Virus record (IMG/VR): IMGVR_UViG_3300045972_000140
Coordinates: 62,687 to 126,686 of that record
Length of the DNA stretch: 64,000 nt
Direction: 5' to 3' (one strand)
DNA from: a virus
Below are positions 48,870-57,920 of this stretch, one piece after another (the stretch's first letter is position 1; the number at the start of each line of letters is the position of its first letter). Below the pieces are notes generated by a model. It saw nothing but the letters and a program-made list of their open reading frames with translations, was not told the origin of the DNA and did not search any database. A program made the position numbers and the translations under genes.

Positions 48870-49723
48870 TAACATTTGATAAAATAAAAAATAGTAATCC
48901 GTTGATATTAGTATACCCGGGAGGATCCGGCGGCGAATTTGTTACACAGACATTATCGGCAGCTAGTGAGTCATTCCACGCATTACCGTCGACATATGAT
49001 GCATCGATAAATCGCATAGAATTATCATCGCCATTACGATTTCAATACCGCTGGCCGGATGTTAATAATCCCGAAACATGGGTAGATCCCGAGTTCATCG
49101 ATACATCCGATGATAACTTAAGATACATTATTAGATTGCATCCCGAAACAACAATAGTCCAAAAGTTAGGACAGCACCTACCTAACGCAGAAATATTGTA
49201 TATGACTCCACTTGCAGAATGTGAATATTTCAGTAAGTTATTATTCTTAAAAACCGCATATAAATTAGAGATACCAACCACTCCAGCCGTTATACGTGCA
49301 GAAGTGGGTCCCGGATTGAATGCATTTCAACTTTATAGAATAGTTAATTGGGTAAATGCACAGTCCGAAGTGTGGTCGCCCGAATTAGGGCACCTATCTT
49401 TCTTATTAAAAGACGGACAAGATATAAACGATGTACCAAATGATGCTAATCCGTACTCACATATTAGGAAGTACAAATATAGCATGTATCAGCGTTATTA
49501 TGAAACTTGTCAGTACTTCGAAGATGTATTTGACGTGGTTCATAATATTAATTCAGATTCATTAACTACCGACGGAATAGAGTTTTGGTCCAGAATAAAA
49601 GAAATAGTACCTAATTTAGATTTAGATTATGCAATATCTAAAACACGTGACTGGATTTCTAAAAACAATGCAATAATTAGTAATTTTGATAATGAAAATA
49701 ACGTTCAACGAAATAAAAAATAG
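48866..49723 (+). CDS. Hypothetical protein, sulfotransferase-like N-terminal loop
   Basis: ILVYPGGSGGEFVTQTL resembles a PAPS-binding/P-loop start. Confidence 0.5.
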   Translation: MITFDKIKNSNPLILVYPGGSGGEFVTQTLSAASESFHALPSTYDASINRIELSSPLRFQYRWPDVNNPETWVDPEFIDTSDDNLRYIIRLHPETTIVQKLGQHLPNAEILYMTPLAECEYFSKLLFLKTAYKLEIPTTPAVIRAEVGPGLNAFQLYRIVNWVNAQSEVWSPELGHLSFLLKDGQDINDVPNDANPYSHIRKYKYSMYQRYYETCQYFEDVFDVVHNINSDSLTTDGIEFWSRIKEIVPNLDLDYAISKTRDWISKNNAIISNFDNENNVQRNKK

Positions 49724-50522
49724 TAACCCATTACTCATTATGTATTCTGCAGGCGTTGGTGGCGAATTTGTAACAGCAACATTATCAAACGCAAGCAAAC
49801 AATTTCATACATCGCCACACAGGATTATTGCCGAAAGAAATAGATTTGCTACAAGATGTCCTATTGACTATTTTACAAACTGGAGCAATCCGGATGACCC
49901 AGATACTTGGATCAATCCAATTTTTGAAAAAACAGAAAACAACGTTCGTTACCTACTCAAAGATCATCCTATGTGTTATTTGCCTAAGTTTTACAAGCGT
50001 CATATGCCCGGTGTATCTATTATATATATGGCCCCGTTTACGGAATCTAATTACTTCAGTAAACTGCTATTTTTAAAAACTGCGACGAAAATCACTACTC
50101 CCATCGACGGCAACTTTATTCTTACTAATGTTAATCGTAATATTCCAGTCGGTCGTCTTCAACATATAGTAAATTGGGCTAATAGACACCCCGAAGTATG
50201 GAAGCACGAGTTAAACAGTGTCAATACTGTTTTGAGCAATGGCGGCGACATTAATAATATATTGCACCAGCCAAATTTACATAAATATATAGTAGAGCAT
50301 CAATCGGTTATACAGAATGATATAGATAGTGTCTTTCCGATTGTAAAAAAGAATATCAGTAATGCAACTTTAATAAATTCGGATTCATTGACCGTAGATG
50401 GAACAGAATTCTGGAAGTCTATAAAATTAATAGTAGGCGATTTAGACTTAGATACAGCAATAACTAACACCCGTGATTGGGTTCGAAACAACAAAGAATT
50501 AATTAATAATTATGAACGATAA
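49692..50522 (+). CDS. Tandem paralogue of 48866..49723
   Basis: Shares ITF..IKNSNPL, GGEFVT.TLS, YFSKLLFLKTA and INSDSLT.DG.EFW. Confidence 0.6.
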   Translation: MKITFNEIKNSNPLLIMYSAGVGGEFVTATLSNASKQFHTSPHRIIAERNRFATRCPIDYFTNWSNPDDPDTWINPIFEKTENNVRYLLKDHPMCYLPKFYKRHMPGVSIIYMAPFTESNYFSKLLFLKTATKITTPIDGNFILTNVNRNIPVGRLQHIVNWANRHPEVWKHELNSVNTVLSNGGDINNILHQPNLHKYIVEHQSVIQNDIDSVFPIVKKNISNATLINSDSLTVDGTEFWKSIKLIVGDLDLDTAITNTRDWVRNNKELINNYER

Positions 50523-52149
50523 ATTTGATTTAACTATTCCAAGATCCAATGATGATCGTGTCCTACTGGCATTAGATAAAGATTGTCCAGTTGACGTACT
50601 ATATACAATGGCAAGATACGATACCGAAAGAGATGTAATGCTTGCGGTTGCATATAATGCAAATGTAACTCCCGAAATTATAAATGTTGTATTGGCAAAG
50701 TTGTCAATGACTGCTGAAGAACTTCAAGTAAAGATTGAACAATATAGGAAAGAAAACGTAATGAACGGTTTGCGGAGTACATTTTGTCCTATACCGTGGA
50801 ATCATGTGAGTACTAACCCCGAAGGAACAGTACGGGCATGTTGCCAAATATTAGATACCAATCAATACGGTACAGCCAATATTGTAAAGGACGACGGCAC
50901 TACATTAACCGGCGCTGATGATTTAACCCAGCACCGAAATGCACCTTTATGGAAATCATTGAGAAGTCAATTCATAAAAGGTGAAAAACCAGAATTATGT
51001 AAACTATGCTGGGACGAGGAATCTAACGGTGTTAATAGTCATAGACAACGAACCTCAAAACTATTTCCTGCAATAATATCTAATGCTGTAAAAAATACAA
51101 ATCTCGACGGTACTATCAAACACATCGATTTTCCTATAGAGTATTGGGATTTACGTTTCGGGAATAATTGTAATCTAAAATGCAGAACGTGTAGCCCGGT
51201 TTCGAGCAATAGTTGGTACAATGATTATATTGCTCTTGCATCTGAAGAAAAGTTAGTCGAAACATTTAAACCGTATATTACTATCGAAAAAATGGATAAC
51301 GGCAAAACTAAGATTACCGATACATATAATTGGTACGACGATAGCAAGATGTGGCAAACTATTATCGACGGTCTCGATCATACTACTAGATTCTATTTCA
51401 CAGGCGGCGAGCCGACTATAAATCAAAAGCATAAAGAACTTCTAAAAATAATTATAGACAGGGGATTGGCTAAAAATATCAACCTAGACTATAATACAAA
51501 TGTTGCAGGCATTCCTAGCGACATGTTTAATTTATGGGCTAATTTTAAAACTGTGAATCTCGGAATGAGTGTCGACGGAATTTATGAACATTTTGAATAT
51601 ATTAGAAACCCGGGTAAATGGTCTGCTGCTGAACGTACATTGCAGAAGATAGATTCTGCACACAATCTAACAAACATAACTGCTGCCTTTTCTGTAACAG
51701 TTAGTACATTAAATGTTTTACACATATTAGATATGCAATGGTGGATGAAAGAACAAAATTGGAAACGAATTATTCCTGCGTTAACACTACATACATTATA
51801 TAAGCCGTACATGTACAATATTCAATATCTCCCCGAAGAGATGAAGTTTTACATTACAAAACGATACACACAATTTATAAACGATATTGTAAGATGTTTC
51901 CCGGACGATGTTGCGTTTATTTCGGTTGTTAGAAAGCAGTGCTCGTCGGTAATAAATTATATGAATGCAGAGACACATGCAAGGCATACATGGAATGAGT
52001 TTGTTGAGTTTTCGGACAGGTTAGACGTTATTCGTGGCGAGAGTTGGAGAGAAAGTTTATCAGAACTCGTAACTCTAGAAGAATATTTTCATACTACTCG
52101 TAAACAAGCCCCTATTATTAAATTACAGGCTACCGAAAAGAAAATATGA
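50512..52149 (+). CDS. Radical SAM enzyme with N-terminal twitch-like domain
   Basis: FCPIPWNH...RACC...CKLCW, then CNLKCRTCSP..S..W, FTGGEPT, YNTN. Confidence 0.9.
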   Translation: MNDKFDLTIPRSNDDRVLLALDKDCPVDVLYTMARYDTERDVMLAVAYNANVTPEIINVVLAKLSMTAEELQVKIEQYRKENVMNGLRSTFCPIPWNHVSTNPEGTVRACCQILDTNQYGTANIVKDDGTTLTGADDLTQHRNAPLWKSLRSQFIKGEKPELCKLCWDEESNGVNSHRQRTSKLFPAIISNAVKNTNLDGTIKHIDFPIEYWDLRFGNNCNLKCRTCSPVSSNSWYNDYIALASEEKLVETFKPYITIEKMDNGKTKITDTYNWYDDSKMWQTIIDGLDHTTRFYFTGGEPTINQKHKELLKIIIDRGLAKNINLDYNTNVAGIPSDMFNLWANFKTVNLGMSVDGIYEHFEYIRNPGKWSAAERTLQKIDSAHNLTNITAAFSVTVSTLNVLHILDMQWWMKEQNWKRIIPALTLHTLYKPYMYNIQYLPEEMKFYITKRYTQFINDIVRCFPDDVAFISVVRKQCSSVINYMNAETHARHTWNEFVEFSDRLDVIRGESWRESLSELVTLEEYFHTTRKQAPIIKLQATEKKI

Positions 52150-54194
52150 AAGATGAACCAATAGTATTTAATAGCAGCGACCGTGATCAAGTTCTGTTGA
52201 CGATGATAGAACATGATTCCGTTAGGCACGCTAATTCCCACTTAGGTGATTCATCTGTTAAAAAAAGAGCATACACCTACAAAAGCGAAATACATCATCC
52301 TCGTGGGTACAAATACTACTCTGAGTTTCGTCCGTTCAGTGTTAACCGAGATAGTATAAGTTTAGTAATGGCCCCTGCCTGGGGAGTTATCTTTCCTCCG
52401 TATAATATTGCTAGGCTATCAGCAATGATACGTAAGCATGGTTATACTGTCAATGTTCACGACGTTAATATTGATTGTTATAATTATGTAATGGACAATA
52501 ACGGAATTGATTATTGGGACGGGGTATATTACTACGCTTGGTTGCTTCCTAAGTTTGAAACCGTAATATTACCTGCCATAAAAAGTGTACTTGATACCGC
52601 AGTTGACAATATTTTGGCCGATAATACTGATATTATTGGTTTTAGTATATATAATACTAATTTAATGGCAACATTATATATGATCAAGCAAATTCGGGAA
52701 AAGAAGCCTGCTGTTACTATAGTAGTCGGCGGCCCCGAAGCATTTGACGATGAGCTTCCCGATAGATTAAGGAATCGTCATCATGTACCAGATGGATCAA
52801 TTAATTATAGAATTAAAGGTGAAGGTGAACATGAAATTTTATTGCTATTAGAGAAATTCAGGGATCTGCCAAAGAATCGGGATTTAGTAGTATTCGGCGA
52901 ACTAAACAGTCGATTAAATTTAAATGAGTTACCGTTTCCCGATTATACCGACTACGATTTGTCGTTATACAAGCAACCAGACGGTGTTAGTATCGAGACA
53001 AGCAGAGGATGTATTGCACAGTGTAGTTTTTGTTCCGAGACATGGTTCTGGAAATTCAGATGGAGGACGTCCGATAGGATAGTTGCAGAAATGCAATACC
53101 AAATTGAAACATATAACATTAACAGATTTTGGTTTGTTGATAGTCTAGTAAACGGTAACCTTAAAGAATTTAGCAGACTTGTTGATTTGATTTTAGAAAA
53201 ACAACTCAATATTAGATGGAACAGTTATGCAAGATGCGACGGTCGAATGGATTTAGATTTTTTTGATAGAATTGCAAAAAGTGGATGTATGGCACTTAGT
53301 TTCGGAGTCGAATCAGGAAGCAAGGTTGTACTAGATGCAATGAAGAAGAAAATCGAAGTTAAGGAAATAGAAGATAATTTGCGCGATGGACATCTAGTTG
53401 GGTTAAAGAATCATGTAAACTGGTTAGTAGGATTTCCACAAGAAGGTCCTGCAGAATTCTTGCATAGCTTACACGTACTACATAATTGCAGAAAATGGAT
53501 GTATGTCATTAGTCCCGGCTTCACGTGCGGTGATGCTGCATTTTCTGATATGCATATAAATTGGAAGGACTACGATATTGCATGGGTTAACAAGCCGCTT
53601 GACAATACATTCTTAGATACATGGTATACAACTGGTTACAAGAACACAATGGTACATCGGTTTATTCGTTTAAAATTTATGCAAATATGGCTAAAATTAG
53701 CAACGACCGCCGGCGAGGGTACAGTCATCAATACACAGGCCTCGCCGGGCCTTAGTTCGTTATATACTATTAATTTATTAGATAAATCACACGGTATTGT
53801 AGACTACTTACCGCAACAGCATAATCAACAATTTGATTATTTTAGCGGTACCACACCTCAAGCACAACTAGCTGCGTCTCTTGCCAACGAATTCTTACCG
53901 TATGCTTGGATCACATATAACGTGTACGGTGGATTTGAAATGTCCATAGAATTTGATTTTGAAAAGGATCTTATAGAATTTAATAATACTATTGTTCGCG
54001 AATACTATGCAACAGTGAATATTAAGGTATCTAACGCCGGTCAACTAGAATTTAATGTAACACATAGATTTAATCACGGTAAGACACATGATTACAAACA
54101 CGCAGACATTACAAAAGTAATCCCAATTGATATGTCATTTACGGAAACTATTCATAGTGTTATTTGCCCGATTAGTATATTTGACGGAGTATAA
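52146..54194 (+). CDS. Cobalamin-binding radical SAM enzyme (class B methyltransferase-like)
   Basis: PPYNIARL, IIGFS, VVGGP, GEGE, ETSRGCIAQCSFC, GVESGS, VGFP. Confidence 0.9.
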   Translation: MKDEPIVFNSSDRDQVLLTMIEHDSVRHANSHLGDSSVKKRAYTYKSEIHHPRGYKYYSEFRPFSVNRDSISLVMAPAWGVIFPPYNIARLSAMIRKHGYTVNVHDVNIDCYNYVMDNNGIDYWDGVYYYAWLLPKFETVILPAIKSVLDTAVDNILADNTDIIGFSIYNTNLMATLYMIKQIREKKPAVTIVVGGPEAFDDELPDRLRNRHHVPDGSINYRIKGEGEHEILLLLEKFRDLPKNRDLVVFGELNSRLNLNELPFPDYTDYDLSLYKQPDGVSIETSRGCIAQCSFCSETWFWKFRWRTSDRIVAEMQYQIETYNINRFWFVDSLVNGNLKEFSRLVDLILEKQLNIRWNSYARCDGRMDLDFFDRIAKSGCMALSFGVESGSKVVLDAMKKKIEVKEIEDNLRDGHLVGLKNHVNWLVGFPQEGPAEFLHSLHVLHNCRKWMYVISPGFTCGDAAFSDMHINWKDYDIAWVNKPLDNTFLDTWYTTGYKNTMVHRFIRLKFMQIWLKLATTAGEGTVINTQASPGLSSLYTINLLDKSHGIVDYLPQQHNQQFDYFSGTTPQAQLAASLANEFLPYAWITYNVYGGFEMSIEFDFEKDLIEFNNTIVREYYATVNIKVSNAGQLEFNVTHRFNHGKTHDYKHADITKVIPIDMSFTETIHSVICPISIFDGV

Positions 54195-54199
54195 GTATA

Positions 54200-54931
54200 A
54201 TGGCACAATTTATTGTAATTTTAAGTCAGCATAGATCGGGATCTAACTATCTAAGTGATATTCTTAGGGCAAATTTTGATATTCGGTCCATGTTTGAGTT
54301 ATATAACAATAACAGTGATTTATCAAATTTAGATACACTATCTACATCAGAGCGCGTCGAATTAAAGAAGATACTTATTAACGAAAATGCGTCTGATAAT
54401 GAATTATCAAAATATATAGAGGATAATCCAGAACAATTGTTTGATGCTATTGATAAATTAGTTACCGGTGTAATATCTTTTAAAATTTTAGCAACTCATT
54501 TGTTAAATGGCCGCCTTGACTGGGTTTTTACAAAACCTAATTGTAATTTTATATTGTTGACAAGAACATCAACTATCGAAATGTTTATTAGTTTACAGCT
54601 TGCGTTGATGCAGGATAAATGGGAAAGCACTGATACAAGCGATAAGAAAATATCAATAGACCCTGTAAATTTTATTAAGTTCAAGCATAACACAACGTAC
54701 TGCAATAATTTATTTAGATACCATATACACAAGAAAGAATATCTACCACTAGTCTATGAAGAGTTGTCAAGTAGTAAGGATGCAATTAAGAAGTGGGCCA
54801 ATAAATTAAATATTATGCTACCAGAAAAAACTCGGCCCGAATCTCTATTTTTTAAAAAACAACAGAAGTCCTTGCCGAGCGATATTATTATAAACTACAG
54901 CGATATTGTAAAATATATAGATAATTTTTAA
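54200..54931 (+). CDS. Sulfotransferase (Stf0-like)
   Basis: ILSQHRSGSNYL 5'-PSB loop, ELY, SFK, ILLTR...FISLQLA, VYEEL. Confidence 0.75.
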   Translation: MAQFIVILSQHRSGSNYLSDILRANFDIRSMFELYNNNSDLSNLDTLSTSERVELKKILINENASDNELSKYIEDNPEQLFDAIDKLVTGVISFKILATHLLNGRLDWVFTKPNCNFILLTRTSTIEMFISLQLALMQDKWESTDTSDKKISIDPVNFIKFKHNTTYCNNLFRYHIHKKEYLPLVYEELSSSKDAIKKWANKLNIMLPEKTRPESLFFKKQQKSLPSDIIINYSDIVKYIDNF

Positions 54932-55548
54932 TTATTTAGGCCACTCACTCTCCTGACAGTATAATCAAGATCTTGTGTATTGCACGCTGTAAAATATTTG
55001 CTATTAGAATTATTTTTTAAAATATCTTCTACTTTTAAATTATCGTCGCTAACCGGAAACTGTAGTAAAGACGATAGGCTCTGTAGGTAAGGCATTCGAT
55101 ATAGGTATATTAGTTCCTGGCTAATGTAGATCGGATTGAGGCCAGATAAATACGGTAGTTGTGATTCGAAGTCACATAGACTTATTCTACCACGAACACG
55201 TGACTGTTGATGTTCTAATATATTTCTGTCTCTTCCGACAATTGCGAACTTTGTATTATACCCTAAGCTATTCGCCGAATCTATAAACGATTTATAATCC
55301 GGTATAACAGTCTGCCCTTTATATGCGTACGGTGCGCTTATACTTGTTACAGCAAAGTTATCAAAATGTATATCTTTAAGTAATGTAGGTTCGTGCCATG
55401 CATTAGCAAATGGTTCTTTATCGTGGCCTATCCAGTATTCTTGCAGTAGTTCACTCCACCCAAAAACATCTGGATGAAGTGAAAATAATTTACTAAACAG
55501 ATGATTGCCCGACCCTTGCGGGCCGGTAACTATCAACAATGTCTTCAC
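54928..55548 (-). CDS. Sulfotransferase-like P-loop protein
   Basis: LIVTGPQGSGNHLFSKLFSLHPDV; GTG start coupled to the upstream gene. Confidence 0.6.
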   Translation of the reverse strand: MKTLLIVTGPQGSGNHLFSKLFSLHPDVFGWSELLQEYWIGHDKEPFANAWHEPTLLKDIHFDNFAVTSISAPYAYKGQTVIPDYKSFIDSANSLGYNTKFAIVGRDRNILEHQQSRVRGRISLCDFESQLPYLSGLNPIYISQELIYLYRMPYLQSLSSLLQFPVSDDNLKVEDILKNNSNSKYFTACNTQDLDYTVRRVSGLNN

Positions 55549-56225
55549 AATTTAAAGGATGTTGTATTCTTTAGTTTTAACAGGAACTCTTCTGTTGCCG
55601 GAGTTCTGTTACCTGTGATTTGCAATGTCACTCGTGGATCGTAACCTGCATTAGCTGTGCTGTGCGGGATGTTTTGCCAATCGAATGTAACGCAATCACC
55701 AGCAGCCCAACGGTTGTGATGGAAGTTACCGTATTCCCAAAACTGTCCTGGCTTCCAATCTGTCAACTGAATGAAGATACGGATAATCTTAGTAGGGTCT
55801 TCGGGGTTCCACTTTTGCAGTTTGTCGATATGCAAGTTCCACATCTCGCCTGGCATCTGTACGTGAATGCGGTTCATTGTCTTTTCCAATGCAAACGCAT
55901 CAGAAATGTCCAGTAAGCATTGTGGGATCTTCCAGTTCAAATGGGACACAGTAAACTTTGGGTCGTATCCTGCACGTTCCAAATCGGCTTCTTCTTTTTC
56001 TAGTTCTTCGGGTGGAGCTTCAATGCCCTCACCTTTGTAACCACGGGTAGCCCAGTTTGCAGGACGAGAGTTTTTAACAATGTCTGCAATTTCGTTTGCC
56101 CATACATTTTCGAACTTACCCAGTCCCACAGCCATGTCCCAACGCGCATCTATTTTTGTTGGGTCGAAGTGGTACGCGCTCTTGGCTTTAGTTTCGTCCC
56201 ATGACGATAGTTTTGTCGTTGTCAT
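55545..56225 (-). CDS. Fe(II)/2-oxoglutarate dioxygenase-like (cupin) protein
   Basis: Facial-triad pattern PGEMWNLHID...IPHSTANAG..PRVTLQITG (HxD...H...R). Confidence 0.7.
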   Translation of the reverse strand: MTTTKLSSWDETKAKSAYHFDPTKIDARWDMAVGLGKFENVWANEIADIVKNSRPANWATRGYKGEGIEAPPEELEKEEADLERAGYDPKFTVSHLNWKIPQCLLDISDAFALEKTMNRIHVQMPGEMWNLHIDKLQKWNPEDPTKIIRIFIQLTDWKPGQFWEYGNFHHNRWAAGDCVTFDWQNIPHSTANAGYDPRVTLQITGNRTPATEEFLLKLKNTTSFKL

Positions 56226-56860
56226 ATTAAATTTACCTTTACATCTGATGTTTCATAATGCTGCCTATATTCAGCCGGGGGATATGTGATGCCTAATGCA
56301 TCACACAGTTGGAGGTTAGTACGAATGTCCGTGTGCTCAAACACAAAATGTTTGCGTTCAGCTTCTAAAATTCCTGCGTTTTGTTGTGATATAATCTTGC
56401 CCATCTCGCGCAAGTTTACATAGTATTTATGGTACAGTGGGTAAGTTATCGCAAAGTGACCACACTTCACCCACCAGCCCAAACATTGGTCATCGTCCCT
56501 GTACACTAATACGATAGGACACTCGGGCCATGTTTTCTTAATGAAGTCAATGTGATTAGCAAAGCAATGAGACTTGATGATGCGTACACCGGTCCCAGAG
56601 AATGGGCGATCAAATTCTGCCTCGCACTCTTCTTTAGTAAACAAATTAAGTCTATCAAAAAAAGACCCAAACTCCATCCCTGGGTCAAAATACGCCCCCA
56701 TATGCAGCAATTCCATTTTGCCTGTTGCATCGTGCGAGTATAATCGCTCTTCGCTATAATCAGTATTGTCTATGTCCCTGGAATAGTAGATGTTTTTGCT
56801 TACGCTACTCCATCTACTTCCAGGAGCGCCTATAATGAAAATGTACTTATAGACGGGCAT
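56222..56860 (-). CDS. Sulfotransferase/P-loop-like protein
   Basis: IFIIGAPGSRWSSV, IIKSH, IVLVYR. Confidence 0.55.
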   Translation of the reverse strand: MPVYKYIFIIGAPGSRWSSVSKNIYYSRDIDNTDYSEERLYSHDATGKMELLHMGAYFDPGMEFGSFFDRLNLFTKEECEAEFDRPFSGTGVRIIKSHCFANHIDFIKKTWPECPIVLVYRDDDQCLGWWVKCGHFAITYPLYHKYYVNLREMGKIISQQNAGILEAERKHFVFEHTDIRTNLQLCDALGITYPPAEYRQHYETSDVKVNLI

Positions 56861-56861
56861 G

Positions 56862-57920
56862 TTAGTGCGCTACCTTGGCGATATTGTCTTTGTAGATCGC
56901 TTCTTGGTTCAGCACAGTAGAAATCCACCATACTAAATCTTTCAGCGCCTTGCGTGTAGTTAACGCTTCCAATGCCTTGTGTGCTTTTGCAACGTCGTTG
57001 CCAATGAACCATTTGTATTTGCCAGTTTCCTTTTCGATGATAGCAAGCGATACTGGATCAGCTAATGTTTCACGTAATGCCTTACGCAATACTTCCCTGT
57101 TAGGATTACCGTGGTCAACATACAATGCCTTTTGCAATACATCACGGTAGTTCTTAATAAGCACCCATGTATCGTATAAATCGCCAGACGGTGCCTCGCC
57201 CCACTTCTTTTGGTACACAGCACGGAAGTCAACTCCTGGGAAGTTAGGGTCAACTGCAATTTTACCAGTCTTCAAATCCAAAACACCTGGATCAAACCAG
57301 TCTACGTTTTGTGGCATAGGACGAATGTTTTTCAAATACGCAGACGGTGTCTCACGAATTGCGTTAACTTCGCCGCGCAGGTATGACAGTTTACGCTCGT
57401 TGCCTGTCATACCGCGCACATATTTGAAATGTTCGTTATAACATGCTGCATATTGCTGCATTGTTTTCCCGGGACCACACACAAGTAATGTCATTGCAAT
57501 AATGTCCGGATTTGTACCTGATGCTGCTGGAAACTTAACTACATCCTTAAACGGATCTGAATCATTGCGACGTCCTACCATAATTGTTAAATTTTGTAAT
57601 CCGATTGGATCGTACAGGGCGTAGTCGTAATCTACGGTTTGATACAGAAAAGATTCTGCGTTGCCTCCGTGTGCAACCATAACCGTCTTTGGGTCTTTGC
57701 GTAGTGAGTTATGGAATTTGTTGAAGCCCGGAATATCGTTTGCTCCCGGAATATTTTCTACTACAATTTTTTCGCCTAATTTCTTTTCCATTTCTCGTGC
57801 AACAATACGTGCCCAAATATCTGTTCCGTTGCCGGGTTCCTGTGGTACAATGAACCTGTAATCTGCATGAGCAATTGCCGCTGTGCTGACGAGTAGTGTT
57901 ATTAAAAGTTTCTTAAACAT
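56862..57920 (-). CDS. tctC: Tripartite tricarboxylate transporter substrate-binding protein (TctC/Bug family)
   Basis: Signal peptide MFKKLLITLLVSTAAIAHA; FIVPQEPGNGTDIWARIVA...VVENIPGA matches the TctC N-terminus. Confidence 0.8.
   Translation of the reverse strand: MFKKLLITLLVSTAAIAHADYRFIVPQEPGNGTDIWARIVAREMEKKLGEKIVVENIPGANDIPGFNKFHNSLRKDPKTVMVAHGGNAESFLYQTVDYDYALYDPIGLQNLTIMVGRRNDSDPFKDVVKFPAASGTNPDIIAMTLLVCGPGKTMQQYAACYNEHFKYVRGMTGNERKLSYLRGEVNAIRETPSAYLKNIRPMPQNVDWFDPGVLDLKTGKIAVDPNFPGVDFRAVYQKKWGEAPSGDLYDTWVLIKNYRDVLQKALYVDHGNPNREVLRKALRETLADPVSLAIIEKETGKYKWFIGNDVAKAHKALEALTTRKALKDLVWWISTVLNQEAIYKDNIAKVAH

Noticed and set aside
46540-54194. RiPP biosynthetic cluster
   Set aside because: No short precursor peptide, peptidase or exporter is visible, and the genes are butted together with no room for one. 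Not fully excluded if the substrate is encoded elsewhere.
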